From Candidatus Kerfeldbacteria bacterium (GTDB taxonomy: Bacteria; Patescibacteriota; Patescibacteriia; UBA9570; XYC2-FULL-38-9), in NCBI GenBank assembly GCA_018500015.2, contig JAHBAR020000015.1, positions 1-58,352 on the forward strand: a stretch of 58,352 nt of DNA, read 5' to 3'. Positions 57,763 to 58,352 of this stretch are shown here, in pieces (the stretch's first letter is position 1; each line of letters opens with the position of its first letter). The translations under genes were made by a program, and so were the position numbers. The notes beneath the pieces are model-generated. The model had not been told where the DNA came from. It searched no databases and saw only the letters and a program-made list of their open reading frames with translations.

Positions 57763-57796
57763 GGAGTGCTGAAAGCGGGACGTGAGGATCTCATGG
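57753..57796. repeat. REP-like unit (R1-related)
   Basis: GTCGTCCTGAGGA...GACGTGAGGATCTCATGG shared with 28076-28121. Confidence 0.75.
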
Positions 57797-57835
57797 CCGA
57801 AAGGCCATGTTTCTTTTGTATAAAAAAAGAGGCCC

Positions 57836-58192
57836 TCAGAACTGAAGTACCTGTTGAGGTTCTTCTGTCCTTGAGGGGAGATGGATCGTCAGTGCGACGA
57901 TCCAATCGGAGTCGGAAGCGTGAGCTTCCGTGATCACGCAGGCGCATGGCGCCCGCAGATCACTGACTCCGAACACTCCCTCGACCCAGCCCATGGGCTG
58001 GTCCCTTTCAAACCGTTGACCCGCGCGAGGCAGGTCGAGGGTTAGAATCGGACCAAGCTCCGTGAGGAGCTTGGTGGAGAGACGGAGGAGCATACACTCC
58101 TCCGAAAACTCGGCGATCCAATCGCCGATCTCTAGGGTCCGAGACCCTAGAGCGACCGTCACATGGACGGTCGGAACAGATCCGCCGTCCAT
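57836..58192 (-). CDS. High-GC glycine-cleavage-H-like (lipoyl-domain) protein lacking the lipoyl Lys
   Basis: ELGPILTLDLPRAGQRFERDQPMGWVEGVFGVSDLRAPCACVITE aligns with the GcvH pattern LGDIVFVELP..G......FG.VESVKA.SD.YAP.SG.V.E. Confidence 0.6.
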   Translation of the reverse strand: MDGGSVPTVHVTVALGSRTLEIGDWIAEFSEECMLLRLSTKLLTELGPILTLDLPRAGQRFERDQPMGWVEGVFGVSDLRAPCACVITEAHASDSDWIVALTIHLPSRTEEPQQVLQF

Positions 58193-58352
58193 GAGGCCCC
58201 CAATGTTGTATGATAAAGTATGACAGATAGCCAAAAATGAGTCAAATGATTGATTTTAGGTCAACCTAACTAAAATGGAACAAGGTATACTACAGATGCC
58301 TATCTAAGCATTGACCTTGTTCCACAATGTACACACTATCAAATCCACCTAC

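Overview
Gene-dense bacterial chromosomal segment, about 45% GC by eye, standard genetic code (RF2 present, TGA used as stop). The gene set (VirB2-like-pilin giant protein, CPR-style bS21, FG-GAP-tagged wall enzymes, long tmRNA tag) suggests a Patescibacteria/CPR genome, probably class ABY1; this is inference. Mostly housekeeping: secDF, infC-rpmI-rplT, smpB-ssrA, mutY, a MacAB-like exporter, pheST, rpsU-yqeY, ybeY-dgkA, ftsAZ, htrA, prfB, argS, three tRNAs, rpmG, an FKBP PPIase, a MerR regulator and a Pif1 helicase. Most notable: (1) tRNA-Tyr and tRNA-Trp are each followed by a 125-160 bp multi-hairpin element whose two ends are an antisense and a sense copy of that tRNA's own 3' end; (2) at least three families of dispersed structured intergenic repeats conserve their fold through compensatory changes, carry nested hairpin insertions and often start at stop codons; (3) a compact B12-to-dNTP module (nrdR, cobO, nrdJ, solitary ECF S-type transporter) with three NrdR boxes and a DnaA box; (4) a 2,212-aa pilin/Ig/IPT/Cys-rich surface protein with two Ca-binding partners inside the rpsU-yqeY-ybeY-dgkA cluster; (5) SecD with an apparently circularly permuted parvulin insert; (6) two high-GC orphan genes, one a GcvH-like protein lacking the lipoyl lysine. 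No CRISPR array, integrase or transposase was seen. All calls are from visual motif recognition; no database searches were run.
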